DNA of 64,000 nucleotides from Promethearchaeota archaeon (GCA_048938895.1 JBHLLU010000018.1:11282-75281), one strand, 5' to 3'. Positions 51,265-60,846 are shown, counted from the stretch's first letter. Program-made: numbers and translations. The notes: generated by a model from the letters alone, not told the origin.

Positions 51265-52317
51265 ATGGTAATAGAAACTGATATTACAAGAATGTTGGGA
51301 ATTAAACATCCAATATTAAGCGCTCCAATGGGTCCTTTTTACACCACAAAATTGACTGTAGCAGTATCAGAAGCAGGAGGACTAGGAGTCTTAAGCCATG
51401 TTACTGTACATGGCACAGTTACATTAGATGAAATGAAAAAAAGCATGGAGTACGTTGTAGAACACACAGATAAACCTTTTGGATTTAACATCAGAACAGC
51501 GAGGTTACAACCAGATGCGATAAAACTTTGTAGGCAACTTCCCCAATTTATCATGGAAAATCCAAGAATTAAAGAACAATGTGTTTATTTAATCACAAGT
51601 GCAGGATCTCCAAGATTAATGTATAACAAACACTATGAGAAATTAAAAGAAAGTGGTTCAAACATCAAACATTTCCATGTAGCACCCTCGTTATATCTCG
51701 CACAAAAACTGATAAATAGTGGTGTAGATGGATTAGTGATTACAGGGGCTGAGGGTGGGGGACATCAATCATATGAAAATATTAGTACTTTAGTCTTATT
51801 ACAACAGATTAGAAAAAATTTACCAGATGTTCCAATAATCGCTTCAGGAGGTTATGCAACAGGTGAAGGATTAGCTTCTGCTATATCTATGGGTGTGGGT
51901 GCTATAGCAATGGGTACTCGTTTCATATCCACTAAGGAATGCGAATTTCACGATAACTATAAGAAAATTGTTGTGGAATCTAAAGCCTCAGACACTGAGT
52001 TAAAAACAGGAATTTTTGGACCAGCTAGAGTGTGGAAGAATGAAAAGACTGAGAACCATAACCTTGTTGAAAGTAAAAAGGAAAAGCAAGCTGCCGAGAC
52101 TTCAATGTCGAACGTTGAAAGAGAATTAGCCGAATTAGAAAGAACTTATGAAGGAAATGTTGAAGAAGGTATAGCTTTTTTAGGACAAAGTGCTGAACTT
52201 ATTGATAGTGTTGAGTGTGTAGCTGATATAATAAATAGCATTGTAAATGATGCTGAAAAATGTCTAACTGCTGCCTTTAATAATATTAAAAAAATAACGA
52301 TTGAACAACTTACCTAA
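51265..52317 (+). CDS. Nitronate monooxygenase / FabK-like flavoprotein (paralog of 33273..34310)
   Basis: Same motifs as the paralog (HPILSAPMGPFYT, EGGGHQSYE). Confidence 0.92.
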   Translation: MVIETDITRMLGIKHPILSAPMGPFYTTKLTVAVSEAGGLGVLSHVTVHGTVTLDEMKKSMEYVVEHTDKPFGFNIRTARLQPDAIKLCRQLPQFIMENPRIKEQCVYLITSAGSPRLMYNKHYEKLKESGSNIKHFHVAPSLYLAQKLINSGVDGLVITGAEGGGHQSYENISTLVLLQQIRKNLPDVPIIASGGYATGEGLASAISMGVGAIAMGTRFISTKECEFHDNYKKIVVESKASDTELKTGIFGPARVWKNEKTENHNLVESKKEKQAAETSMSNVERELAELERTYEGNVEEGIAFLGQSAELIDSVECVADIINSIVNDAEKCLTAAFNNIKKITIEQLT

Positions 52318-52509
52318 GAATAATTTTTTTTGAATTTTCTTTTTTTCTCCAATTTTGTACTTTAAGAGTTTATTTTGAAGTAAATAAATTCTAGAATAAA
52401 AGTTTAAAAATCTATTATCCCATAAGTTATGTGAAAAATCTTACAATGTTTTATTTGTAAACTCTGTAAGAATGCTAAATAATTTTAATAACGGGTTAAT
52501 AACTACAAA

Positions 52510-52935
52510 ATGATTCAAGAGTTAATGATTATAAATAACGCAGGAATAGCTTTGTTTTACCATAGTTTCATTGATGAAAACAAAACTGATGATCATCAAT
52601 CTTTAGCAGGATACTTTGATATAATCTGCAGGTTTACAAAGAATAGTTTCAAAGAAAGTCTAAGAATGTTGACTCTCGATAGTTTTATCTTCTTCTTTTT
52701 CACCCATAGAACTAAATATCATTTAGTTCTTAAATGTTCAAATCAAAAAATAAATAGTCCTTTACTTGAAGATATCGCAGAAAGCATATTGGACGCTTTT
52801 TTATTCTTATTTAAGGATAGCCTTGATAATTTCGATGGAGAAATATCCCATTTTAAGTCCTTTTCCACTACTATAGAGGAACTCATAACTTCAAAATTAA
52901 AGGGTTATAAAGAACCTATTTTTATTGAGTATTAA
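52510..52935 (+). CDS. Longin-like domain protein
   Basis: MIQELMIINNAGIALFYHSF start, LAGYFDII helix and FDGEISHFKSF end, typical of Asgard longin-fold proteins. Confidence 0.75.
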   Translation: MIQELMIINNAGIALFYHSFIDENKTDDHQSLAGYFDIICRFTKNSFKESLRMLTLDSFIFFFFTHRTKYHLVLKCSNQKINSPLLEDIAESILDAFLFLFKDSLDNFDGEISHFKSFSTTIEELITSKLKGYKEPIFIEY

Positions 52936-52973
52936 TAAATTCTCAATAAGTACATCTAAAACAATAAAAATAA

Positions 52974-53003
52974 AAGAGAAAAAGTTGCCGGCTTTTTTCT
53001 CTT
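52974..53003. terminator. Hairpin between convergent genes (possible bidirectional terminator)
   Basis: AAGAGAAAAAG-ttgccgg-CTTTTTTCTCTT. Confidence 0.5.
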
Positions 53004-53052
53004 ATTATCCCCGTGCTAACCCTGTTATACTTTTATGAAATTAATGGAACAA

Positions 53053-53307
53053 CTAGGCTCCACCAGCCTGTGTTGCCATTACCGTGATTACGTCCTTCTT
53101 TGGATGAATTCCTATTTTAGCAAACTTTAATTGGTCTGGTAGAACCTTTCCCTTAAAAATAAATTGGATTGCTAATATTGGGTTTAATTTATATTCCCTT
53201 TGAACAGTTTTTTTAATTTCTGCTATTGAGTTATTTGGATCAAGCTCAATAAGCTTGATAGCTTGGTCAGGGGGAACACCTGTTAGACGAAATCGATATT
53301 GAGTCAT
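53053..53307 (-). CDS. Ubiquitin-like protein
   Basis: Beta-grasp pattern; QFIFKGKVL resembles ubiquitin RLIFAGKQL; C-terminal GG followed by Ala. Confidence 0.85.
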   Translation of the reverse strand: MTQYRFRLTGVPPDQAIKLIELDPNNSIAEIKKTVQREYKLNPILAIQFIFKGKVLPDQLKFAKIGIHPKKDVITVMATQAGGA

Positions 53308-53461
53308 TTTAATTCAATTTTTTTTTTAGTTTTTGTTGATCATTATTATCTTAAAGAAATATTGGGTCATTTTTTACTTAAGGTCTTTGGTATTTTATGC
53401 TAAACTTGAGTTTGATGGATTTTACAATATAATTTTTGAGATATTAATACTATCCTCAGAT

Positions 53462-53662
53462 TTAATCAAATCGAAAAGGTTCAGGAGGGCGTCCGGGAGG
53501 TCCTGGAGGACCTGGAGGTGGAATTGGTTCTGGTTGTGGGGTTGGGCGAGGTGGGAAACGGCCTAGTCTGCTTTCAATATATAAAAGACGTTCTTCTAAT
53601 TTATTTAATCTATCTTCAATTATTTTAATTCTATCTAAGATATTAGGATTTTCTAACGACAT
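53462..53662 (-). CDS. Small coiled-coil plus polyproline protein
   Basis: IEDRLNKLEERLLYIESRL heptads, then PPRPTPQPEPIPPPGPPGPPGRPP. Confidence 0.75.
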   Translation of the reverse strand: MSLENPNILDRIKIIEDRLNKLEERLLYIESRLGRFPPRPTPQPEPIPPPGPPGPPGRPPEPFRFD

Positions 53663-53846
53663 ATTTTACTATTATCTTGAAAATTTTTTGATTTTAATTC
53701 AAGTTAAAAATTACTTTCCAGATTATAAAATTTTATCTAAAAGCTATTATTAGAAATATATACTTTTTTCATAATGCTTAGTATTTCATATATTTTTTGG
53801 TATAAGTTTAGTAAAAAAGTACAATTTTATATAATTAGATTTATAA

Positions 53847-54974
53847 TTGAATATTATGGAAAGCTGGAATATATCAAAAAAGTTAAAAAATGAATTTTTA
53901 AAAAAATCTAGCAATATTGAGGATAATAGCAGGAGAATCTTATTTATACTTAGAAATTTAGGTCCACAAAGATTCACTAACATAATAAAATATTCGGGAT
54001 TAAGCAGATCTACAGTATCCAAATATTTGAATCTCCATAGAAAATACAAAAACATTGAACAAAGAATATTTACAGATAAACAAACAAATAAGCAATATCG
54101 TGGGTATGTAATTACTGAGAGAGGAATTGAAAAACTTGGAGAACAACCTTTAAAGCTAAAAGAGGAGTTATTTATTGTAAATGAATTAAAAGAAAATGTG
54201 AGAAAACTCGAAGATTTAATATATTTCTATAAGGAAATAAGTGTTGAGGATGCTTTTATTATTCATATCGTAAGAATCATTTCCAAAATTGGGGACAATT
54301 TCTTTGAATTACAGCAAGATAGAGATCTTTATTTATCACTTTTTTATATCTTCTATAATTCGATCTTAGGGCAAGGTGCTTTTGCCAGAAAGTATTGGCA
54401 TTTTGATGAACCAACCCCTGAAAAGTTTGTTGGATATAAATTAAATTTAGAGCAATTTTGTGAGGTATATAAAGTTACAAAAGAAGCAATTAATTACTTA
54501 GCTAGATCTAAATTAATCAAAAATGAATTTGGCTTTTATTTAATTCAGAGAGAAGATACAGATTTTTTTTTCCACGAAGAAGATTTACTAGGAACTACTG
54601 CTTTAAGACTTATTAAAGACAAACTAATTGATGAAATCATTAATCTTCAAGAGGGAATATATGATATGATTTATGATTTAGACATTATGGCTGAAGAGAT
54701 TACAGAACAACTAAAAGAAATGGGATTGATATGGGATGCTATTCAATCACAATTTCAATTATTGGTCTTAAACCAGGTTATTAAGAATGCCATTGAAATG
54801 GGATTTTTAGATATTGAACGGGAGAAAATAATGGAAGGTGTAACACAATCCCAAAAATTATTACTGTCTGAAGAGGGAACAAATCTTAAAGAATCAATTC
54901 TGAATGGTAATAAACTTGATATAAATTTGAACAATCTTACTATAATTTCAAATCAAGAAACTCAATTGGGGTAG
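53847..54974 (+). CDS. Winged-helix transcriptional regulator-like protein
   Basis: GPQRFTNIIKYSGLSRSTVSKYL HTH and YVITERG wing. Confidence 0.78.
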   Translation: MNIMESWNISKKLKNEFLKKSSNIEDNSRRILFILRNLGPQRFTNIIKYSGLSRSTVSKYLNLHRKYKNIEQRIFTDKQTNKQYRGYVITERGIEKLGEQPLKLKEELFIVNELKENVRKLEDLIYFYKEISVEDAFIIHIVRIISKIGDNFFELQQDRDLYLSLFYIFYNSILGQGAFARKYWHFDEPTPEKFVGYKLNLEQFCEVYKVTKEAINYLARSKLIKNEFGFYLIQREDTDFFFHEEDLLGTTALRLIKDKLIDEIINLQEGIYDMIYDLDIMAEEITEQLKEMGLIWDAIQSQFQLLVLNQVIKNAIEMGFLDIEREKIMEGVTQSQKLLLSEEGTNLKESILNGNKLDINLNNLTIISNQETQLG

Positions 54975-55045
54975 GTCTTTAAAAGGATTGGGATTTTAAT
55001 TGAACACACCTGAAAATTAACAAAAATCCTAATTTATTTGAAGAC

Positions 55046-56650
55046 ATGATAAAATCTCAATTAATTTGGTTCTCTATTTTTTCTGTAATTATCTTGTTTC
55101 TAACAATTAGGCAACACCAACAAATCAAAGAATTCATAGTTAACGATTATATCAAATTAAAACTTGAAAATGGACAAACAAATATCTACGTAAAAAATCG
55201 ACGTTTTATGCAATGTATGTATTTATTATTGAATCTTCATGTTGATAGAATTGAAGAATATGATGAAATTGAGTCAATAGATGATGCTGTTGTCAAATTA
55301 GATCGTTCAATGGAAAGAGATCATAATCAAGTTCCCCCTGAAACAGAATTTTGGGGACATTGTTCTAATCTGCAAGTTTGGGCCGAAAATGGCTATGACA
55401 CTAGAATTCTGCATCGAAATCTAGCTTTTCCATTATTAAAAAAACTAAGTGAAGTTGGTGACCCTATCGCAAAGAAAGTATTTTCTGAGGAAATTGCAAT
55501 AAGACTTGCAAGTAAACATTCTACTGTAACTCAGTATTTAACTCAAAATGGGTATTTAAAATATTTAAGCTCCGATGAATTTGAGAGTATTTTAGATGAC
55601 ATAAATCCTATTATTTTAGATAATATAACCGCTGAATTAAATCAAATTTTTGGGCAAAACCAGAATTTAGATCTATCTGGCTCAATCATTTATATAATAA
55701 ATCGATTACTTGGGAATTTTGGAATTGAACATGTTTCTCTACTAACCTCAAAAATCATAAATGAAATTCCTGTTAAATATAAAAAACCATTTGTTGAATT
55801 TGTATATAATCTTCTGAAGACAAGAAACAGGTTTCCATTAATTCAATATCTTAATAGACATATGGAATATTTTAAAGATTTTGAATTTGAGCATAGTTTT
55901 ATTAAATATGATAATAGAATAATCGGAATCTTTAAAGATGAAAGGGTTTATTTAAATAACCAAAACATCCAATCTCTCAAAAAATTAACTGTAACCAGAG
56001 AGAAATTAGAAAATGTAAAGAATTTAGATTTAAGTAATAATCAAATTTCTGAATTAGATGGAATTGAAAGATTTCCACACCTAAATGTGTTAAAACTCAA
56101 TAATAATAAACTTGTAAATATAGATGGAATTGGTAGTCTTAAATACTTAGAAAAGTTATTTCTAAGAAATAATCAGTTATGTGATATAACAAATCTTAAT
56201 AAGTTATATAACTTGAAACATCTTGATTTGTCTCATAATCAGACGATAACTGAAATTCCTGAGGTTTTGAATAAATTACCTAATTTAAAAACCATTAAAT
56301 TATGGAATTGTCATATTGAAAAATTTTCTAATTCTACTGAGAAATACTTTTGGATGAACCAAAATTATAGGTATTTCTCAGGATATGATGAAAATGACAA
56401 AAATTTTTATGAGAGTAGATACAATAGAGTTACTTCATCTGATAATAAATTATACAAACATTTTGTAGAATGGATTCTAAAAATGAGGAACATGATGACT
56501 CAATTTAAGTTTACTTATCAAGATGTCAATAGATTTAATGAAGAAACATTAAAAAATGCGATTTGGGCAGGAAGATTAACAAATGATTTCAAGAAATGGT
56601 TATTGGATAAAAAATACCAGAAGAGAATAACTTCATTTTTTTTAATCTAA
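55046..56650 (+). CDS. Lokiarchaeal leucine-rich repeat protein
   Basis: N-terminal EFWGHCSNLQVWAENGYDTRILHRNLAFPLLKKL domain plus about 5 LRRs; true start may be later. Confidence 0.87.
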   Translation: MIKSQLIWFSIFSVIILFLTIRQHQQIKEFIVNDYIKLKLENGQTNIYVKNRRFMQCMYLLLNLHVDRIEEYDEIESIDDAVVKLDRSMERDHNQVPPETEFWGHCSNLQVWAENGYDTRILHRNLAFPLLKKLSEVGDPIAKKVFSEEIAIRLASKHSTVTQYLTQNGYLKYLSSDEFESILDDINPIILDNITAELNQIFGQNQNLDLSGSIIYIINRLLGNFGIEHVSLLTSKIINEIPVKYKKPFVEFVYNLLKTRNRFPLIQYLNRHMEYFKDFEFEHSFIKYDNRIIGIFKDERVYLNNQNIQSLKKLTVTREKLENVKNLDLSNNQISELDGIERFPHLNVLKLNNNKLVNIDGIGSLKYLEKLFLRNNQLCDITNLNKLYNLKHLDLSHNQTITEIPEVLNKLPNLKTIKLWNCHIEKFSNSTEKYFWMNQNYRYFSGYDENDKNFYESRYNRVTSSDNKLYKHFVEWILKMRNMMTQFKFTYQDVNRFNEETLKNAIWAGRLTNDFKKWLLDKKYQKRITSFFLI

Positions 56651-57591
56651 GAATGTTTTAACATTTCTTCAATTGGTTTTAGTGCACGGGTTGCAATCTC
56701 AGGAGGCACCTTAACCTCGAATGATTTATCATCTAAATTTTCTAGAAGGTATTTAATTAACTCTAGGTTATGTTTCTTCATGTTATAGCAAATCAATTTG
56801 TTTTTTGCTAAATAAAATTTCTTATTTTGAAAATCTTGTGCCATCCGCTCTACTAATCCCTGCTCAGTTCCGATAATGAATTCAAATTCATCCTCAGAAC
56901 TATTCTTAACGAAATTATACATTTTTTGTGTTGATCCAACGAAATCAGCTAAAGCCCTTACATCTCTAACACATTCAGGATGAACAAGAAGTTTTGCTTT
57001 AGGATAACGTACTCTTATAGTCTCTATATCCTCAACAGTTATCTGAGAGTGAACATAGCAATGTCCGTTATTAGGCATTTTTATTGTTCTAATTTTTGAA
57101 ATTTGTTCAGTATAATCTGCCAAATTTGCGTCAGGACCGAATAAGACTTCTTGTACTTTAAATTCATTACTAATCCATTTGGTTATTTTTACTGCATTTG
57201 AGGATGTACAGCAAATATCTGATTCTGCTTTTACTGCAGCAGTAGAATTAACATAGACAACAGCTGGTACTCCAGGATGTTTTTCTTTACAATTTCTAAC
57301 CATATCAGGGGTAAGAAAGGCTGCCATTGGGCAACATGATTCATAATTCGGAATTAATATATGTTTATCTTGATTTAAAATCGAAGCAGTTTCAGCCATA
57401 AAATCGACTCCTGCAAATATAATATATTCAGATTCTGCCTTTTCCTTTGCTGTTCGAGATAATCCGAGGGAATCTCCTTTAAAATCAGCGATTTCTTGAA
57501 TTTCTATGGGTTGATAATAATGTGCTAAAATTAGTACATCCTCTTGTTTTTTTAAATTTAGTATTTCTTCCTGTAATTGTTTTGTTGTCAT
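56647..57591 (-). CDS. nadA: Quinolinate synthase
   Basis: LAHYYQ, GDSL, FMAETA, CPMA, YVNS, CTSSNA, CYVH, HPEC and CYNMK motifs. Confidence 0.97.
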   Translation of the reverse strand: MTTKQLQEEILNLKKQEDVLILAHYYQPIEIQEIADFKGDSLGLSRTAKEKAESEYIIFAGVDFMAETASILNQDKHILIPNYESCCPMAAFLTPDMVRNCKEKHPGVPAVVYVNSTAAVKAESDICCTSSNAVKITKWISNEFKVQEVLFGPDANLADYTEQISKIRTIKMPNNGHCYVHSQITVEDIETIRVRYPKAKLLVHPECVRDVRALADFVGSTQKMYNFVKNSSEDEFEFIIGTEQGLVERMAQDFQNKKFYLAKNKLICYNMKKHNLELIKYLLENLDDKSFEVKVPPEIATRALKPIEEMLKHS

Positions 57592-57746
57592 TTTTCATTA
57601 AGGATTTAGTGTGTTATATCATTATAAGGTTCTAGAAAAAATAAGGTGTTGGATTATAAAAAATTGTTATTTTGGAAGAAAATCGAGATTAATAAAATTA
57701 TTAAATTCTAATGATTTGAATTTAATATTATAGGGGTATAAACATT

Positions 57747-59420
57747 ATGGATTTTGTTTATAAAGAAGAATATTGGTATATCAGTTCATTTCTAAATTCC
57801 TCTTACCAAGATGGAAAAAAAAGAAGTAAAGACATTCAAGTAAAAATTATAGAACGTCTCAACAATATACAAAAGGAAGATATTTATTTTAAAATCCGAG
57901 ATGAACTTGGTGATGATATTATAGATATGGCTAAAAATATCTCTTTATTGTGTACTTGGGTTCCTTATCTGGAGAATTTTCCTTATATTGATGAAAATAA
58001 TCAAAGAGAGTATGATACATTAGGATTCTTCCAATTTGATGTCGATTATTATGGGAAAACTCCTTCTAAAAAAGAAATTATAAAATCGAATTATATTCAG
58101 CAGATACCTCAAATAATTATGACATTTTTAAGAGAATATTCCATAAAGGAAGAATCTAAGGGGATTCTCATTGATTTAGAAAGTCCTATGTATATCTTTG
58201 TTGTTTCCAATAAAGTGAAACCAGAGGAAATCTCCTGGACAAGAGAAAATATCGAAAAAAATAAAAAGATTATTAGTTATTGGACAGCTGTATATTCAGG
58301 ACAGTGGGAAGATTACTCAGAGAATTTATTTGACAAACGCATTGAAAATAATTTATCTAATCGGCTTTCAGAATTGCACTTTATTCGTAGAAATTCCGGG
58401 TTCATATATATGGCAGAAAATAATTATACTAACTTCTTTGATTCATATATGAAAGAATATGTACTAACTCCGACTCCAAAAATGAGAGCCGTTCAGTTTG
58501 CATTAAGAACAATGAATGAATCCTTAGATCTCCTATTTTTGAAGACTCAATTAGAAGAATTTAAGGATGTCAACACGATTGAAAAAAAAATTCGGAATCT
58601 TCGACTTCTTAGAGGATTAATCCAAACGAAATTAAGTTTGGTATATAATGAATTAGATTATAATAGAAGAGAGCACTATACAGGAGTTTTAAAACATCTA
58701 CTTACAGAATTTGAAATTGATGATATTGTTTCTCGGATAAATAAAAAATTTAATATAATCTATGACTCAATAGAAGGTCTATATGTGAAAAAAAATGAAG
58801 AACTTCAAAAGAGAACCGAAAAAGGGCTTAATCTACTTAATTTACTTTTTGGTGCAGGAATTCTAGCAGATCTGGGGAGCGTAATTATGATTGCACTAAG
58901 TATGCAGGAAGGTGACTTCAGTTCAATATTGTTAAATAGTATCATCGCGATTATAATAAGTGGAATTTTGGTAACTACTGTTATTTTTTACATCTATACC
59001 AAAATTCAGATTAAAAAAGAAGATATTATTCATGCTGTAGATGCAATTATTGAAGATGAGAATGGAAGTATTGTATTAATAAAGAGAAAGTTTCCTCCTT
59101 ATCAAGGTTTCTATGCATTACCTGGAGGTTCAGTTGAAAAAGGTGAAAGCCTTAAAGATGCTCTGATTAGAGAAGTTAGAGAAGAAACAAATCTTCATGT
59201 AGAACCGATTGAAGAAATTGGATTATATAATGAAGAAGGACGAGATCCACGAGGTAAAGTCTATAGTACTGTTTTTAAATGCAAAATCTTAGGAAATGTT
59301 TCAGATATAAATTTGGGAGAAGAAACGACTGATGTGAATTTCTTCTCAAAAGATCAAGTAAGTGTAATGGAATTGGCTTTTGATCATAAAAAAATGCTTA
59401 GAGATTCAAATTTCATTTAA
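57747..59420 (+). CDS. CorA-like membrane protein fused to a C-terminal NUDIX hydrolase
   Basis: Long helical stalk, two TM helices, NUDIX box GGSVEKGESLKDALIREVREETNL, GRDPRG and LAFDH motifs. Confidence 0.8.
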   Translation: MDFVYKEEYWYISSFLNSSYQDGKKRSKDIQVKIIERLNNIQKEDIYFKIRDELGDDIIDMAKNISLLCTWVPYLENFPYIDENNQREYDTLGFFQFDVDYYGKTPSKKEIIKSNYIQQIPQIIMTFLREYSIKEESKGILIDLESPMYIFVVSNKVKPEEISWTRENIEKNKKIISYWTAVYSGQWEDYSENLFDKRIENNLSNRLSELHFIRRNSGFIYMAENNYTNFFDSYMKEYVLTPTPKMRAVQFALRTMNESLDLLFLKTQLEEFKDVNTIEKKIRNLRLLRGLIQTKLSLVYNELDYNRREHYTGVLKHLLTEFEIDDIVSRINKKFNIIYDSIEGLYVKKNEELQKRTEKGLNLLNLLFGAGILADLGSVIMIALSMQEGDFSSILLNSIIAIIISGILVTTVIFYIYTKIQIKKEDIIHAVDAIIEDENGSIVLIKRKFPPYQGFYALPGGSVEKGESLKDALIREVREETNLHVEPIEEIGLYNEEGRDPRGKVYSTVFKCKILGNVSDINLGEETTDVNFFSKDQVSVMELAFDHKKMLRDSNFI

Positions 59421-59508
59421 CTAAATTAAAATCGTGATTTATTTCTCATAAATTTATTATTTTTAGCTAAATTCTTCAGATTCAAACAAAATTAAAAGGT
59501 GAAGAAGT

Positions 59509-60079
59509 ATAATAATTATACCAAGTCCAGAAACAGGAAAAGAACCTCAAATTCATGAATCCGTGTACATTGCTCCAACAGCAGTTATCATTGGCGATGT
59601 GACTATTGGAGAAAATTCAAATGTTTGGTTTGGAGCAACTCTTAGAGGAGATTGGGGTTCTATTAAAATTGGAAAAAATACAAGTATTCAAGAAAATGTA
59701 ACCATTCATCTAGAAGCCGGTAGTCATGTAATTATAGGAGATGATTGTATTATAGGTCATCATGCAAATTTTTGAAGATTTTACTTCAATCTGCAGAATG
59801 ATTCACGGACCTTGTACAATTGAAAATGGTTGTGTTGTAGGTATAGCATCAAACGTTTTGCATCGTTCCAAACTCGGAGAAGGTTCAGTTTTAGCAGCGG
59901 GAGCAGTGCTTTTAGGTAAAGAGATTCCTCCTAGAAGTCTAGCGGTAGGTATTCCCGCTTCTATAAAAAAGGAAGGAATATACAAAGGAAAACTTGAGGG
60001 TGCTAAGACATCCAAATTATATTCTAAAAAAGGTCAAATGTTTAAACAGTATTTTGAAAAAAACGCTAAAAATAAATAA
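59509..60079 (+). CDS. Gamma-carbonic anhydrase family protein interrupted by a 31-nt insertion (intron, recoding site or pseudogene)
   Basis: Hexapeptide repeats, LRGD, IQENVTIH; the GHHA and MIHG halves are in different frames; no ATG start. Confidence 0.8.
59767..59797 (+). other. Structured 31-nt insertion, candidate BHB/BHL-type mRNA intron
   Basis: Removal restores CAT CAT GCA ATG ATT CAC (HHAMIH); internal hairpin TTGAAG/CTTCAA; TGCA/TGCA central helix. Confidence 0.45.
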
Positions 60080-60105
60080 GCTATTCTTTTATTTTTTCTA
60101 TTTTC

Positions 60106-60846
60106 TTATTTTGAACAAAAACAATCATCATTCTTAACAATGTTGATAATATTAAATCTAAGATCAAGCAAATTAACCATTAAAACTTTGTTTTCTAGAT
60201 TAGGGAGTTCTAAAGCTGTTTTAATTACTTCTAAAGCTTCTAAGGTGCCTAATATACCGGGAGTAACTCCTATAACTGGTAGAGGACCTTCTTCTTTCTG
60301 AGATTTAATTGGTTCTGAAAACACACATTGATAGCAAGCTGTCTTTTTCGGATTAATCGTTATAATTTGACCATAAAAATCTTTAATACCTGCAATAACA
60401 CATTTTAAATTATTTTCGATGGCTATTTTATTAACTAGAAATTTGGTTTTAAAATTATCACTACAATCGACTATAAAATCATAGTTTTTCTCAGTTAAAT
60501 ATTTCTTTATTGAATTCTCATCTATATAATCCTTAAATACATTAATTTGAACTTCAGAATTCAATTTTGATAATATTTCTTTAGCAGAATTTACCTTGTC
60601 TTGTCCAATTTGAGATTCATTATAGAGAATTTGCCTTTGCAAATTAGAGATATCCAAAACATCGTTATCAATAATTGTCAATTCATTAATACCCGCTGCA
60701 GTCAAATACATTGAAAATGGTGAACCTAATCCACCACAACCAATCTGAAGTATTTTAAGGTTAGATAATTTCTCTTGTCCCTTCTCTCCAATTTCAGGAG
60801 AAATGATTTGCCTAGTATACCTTTCCTTTTGCTTTTCAGTTAGCAT
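60106..60846 (-). CDS. HesA/MoeB/ThiF (E1-like) adenylyltransferase
   Basis: RYTRQI, GCGGLG, SNLQRQ, DCSDN and CYQC motifs. Confidence 0.93.
   Translation of the reverse strand: MLTEKQKERYTRQIISPEIGEKGQEKLSNLKILQIGCGGLGSPFSMYLTAAGINELTIIDNDVLDISNLQRQILYNESQIGQDKVNSAKEILSKLNSEVQINVFKDYIDENSIKKYLTEKNYDFIVDCSDNFKTKFLVNKIAIENNLKCVIAGIKDFYGQIITINPKKTACYQCVFSEPIKSQKEEGPLPVIGVTPGILGTLEALEVIKTALELPNLENKVLMVNLLDLRFNIINIVKNDDCFCSK

Noticed and set aside
33273-52317. Two similar nitronate monooxygenase genes as a repeat or assembly duplication
   Set aside because: Proteins are clearly diverged; ordinary paralogs
59773-59775. TGA as selenocysteine in gamma-CA
   Set aside because: The downstream half is in a different frame, so readthrough would not restore the protein
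59756-59796. Spliceosomal-looking GT...pyrimidine-rich...CAG intron in the gamma-CA gene
   Set aside because: Neither GT-AG (59756-59796) nor GC-AG (59764-59796) excision restores the frame
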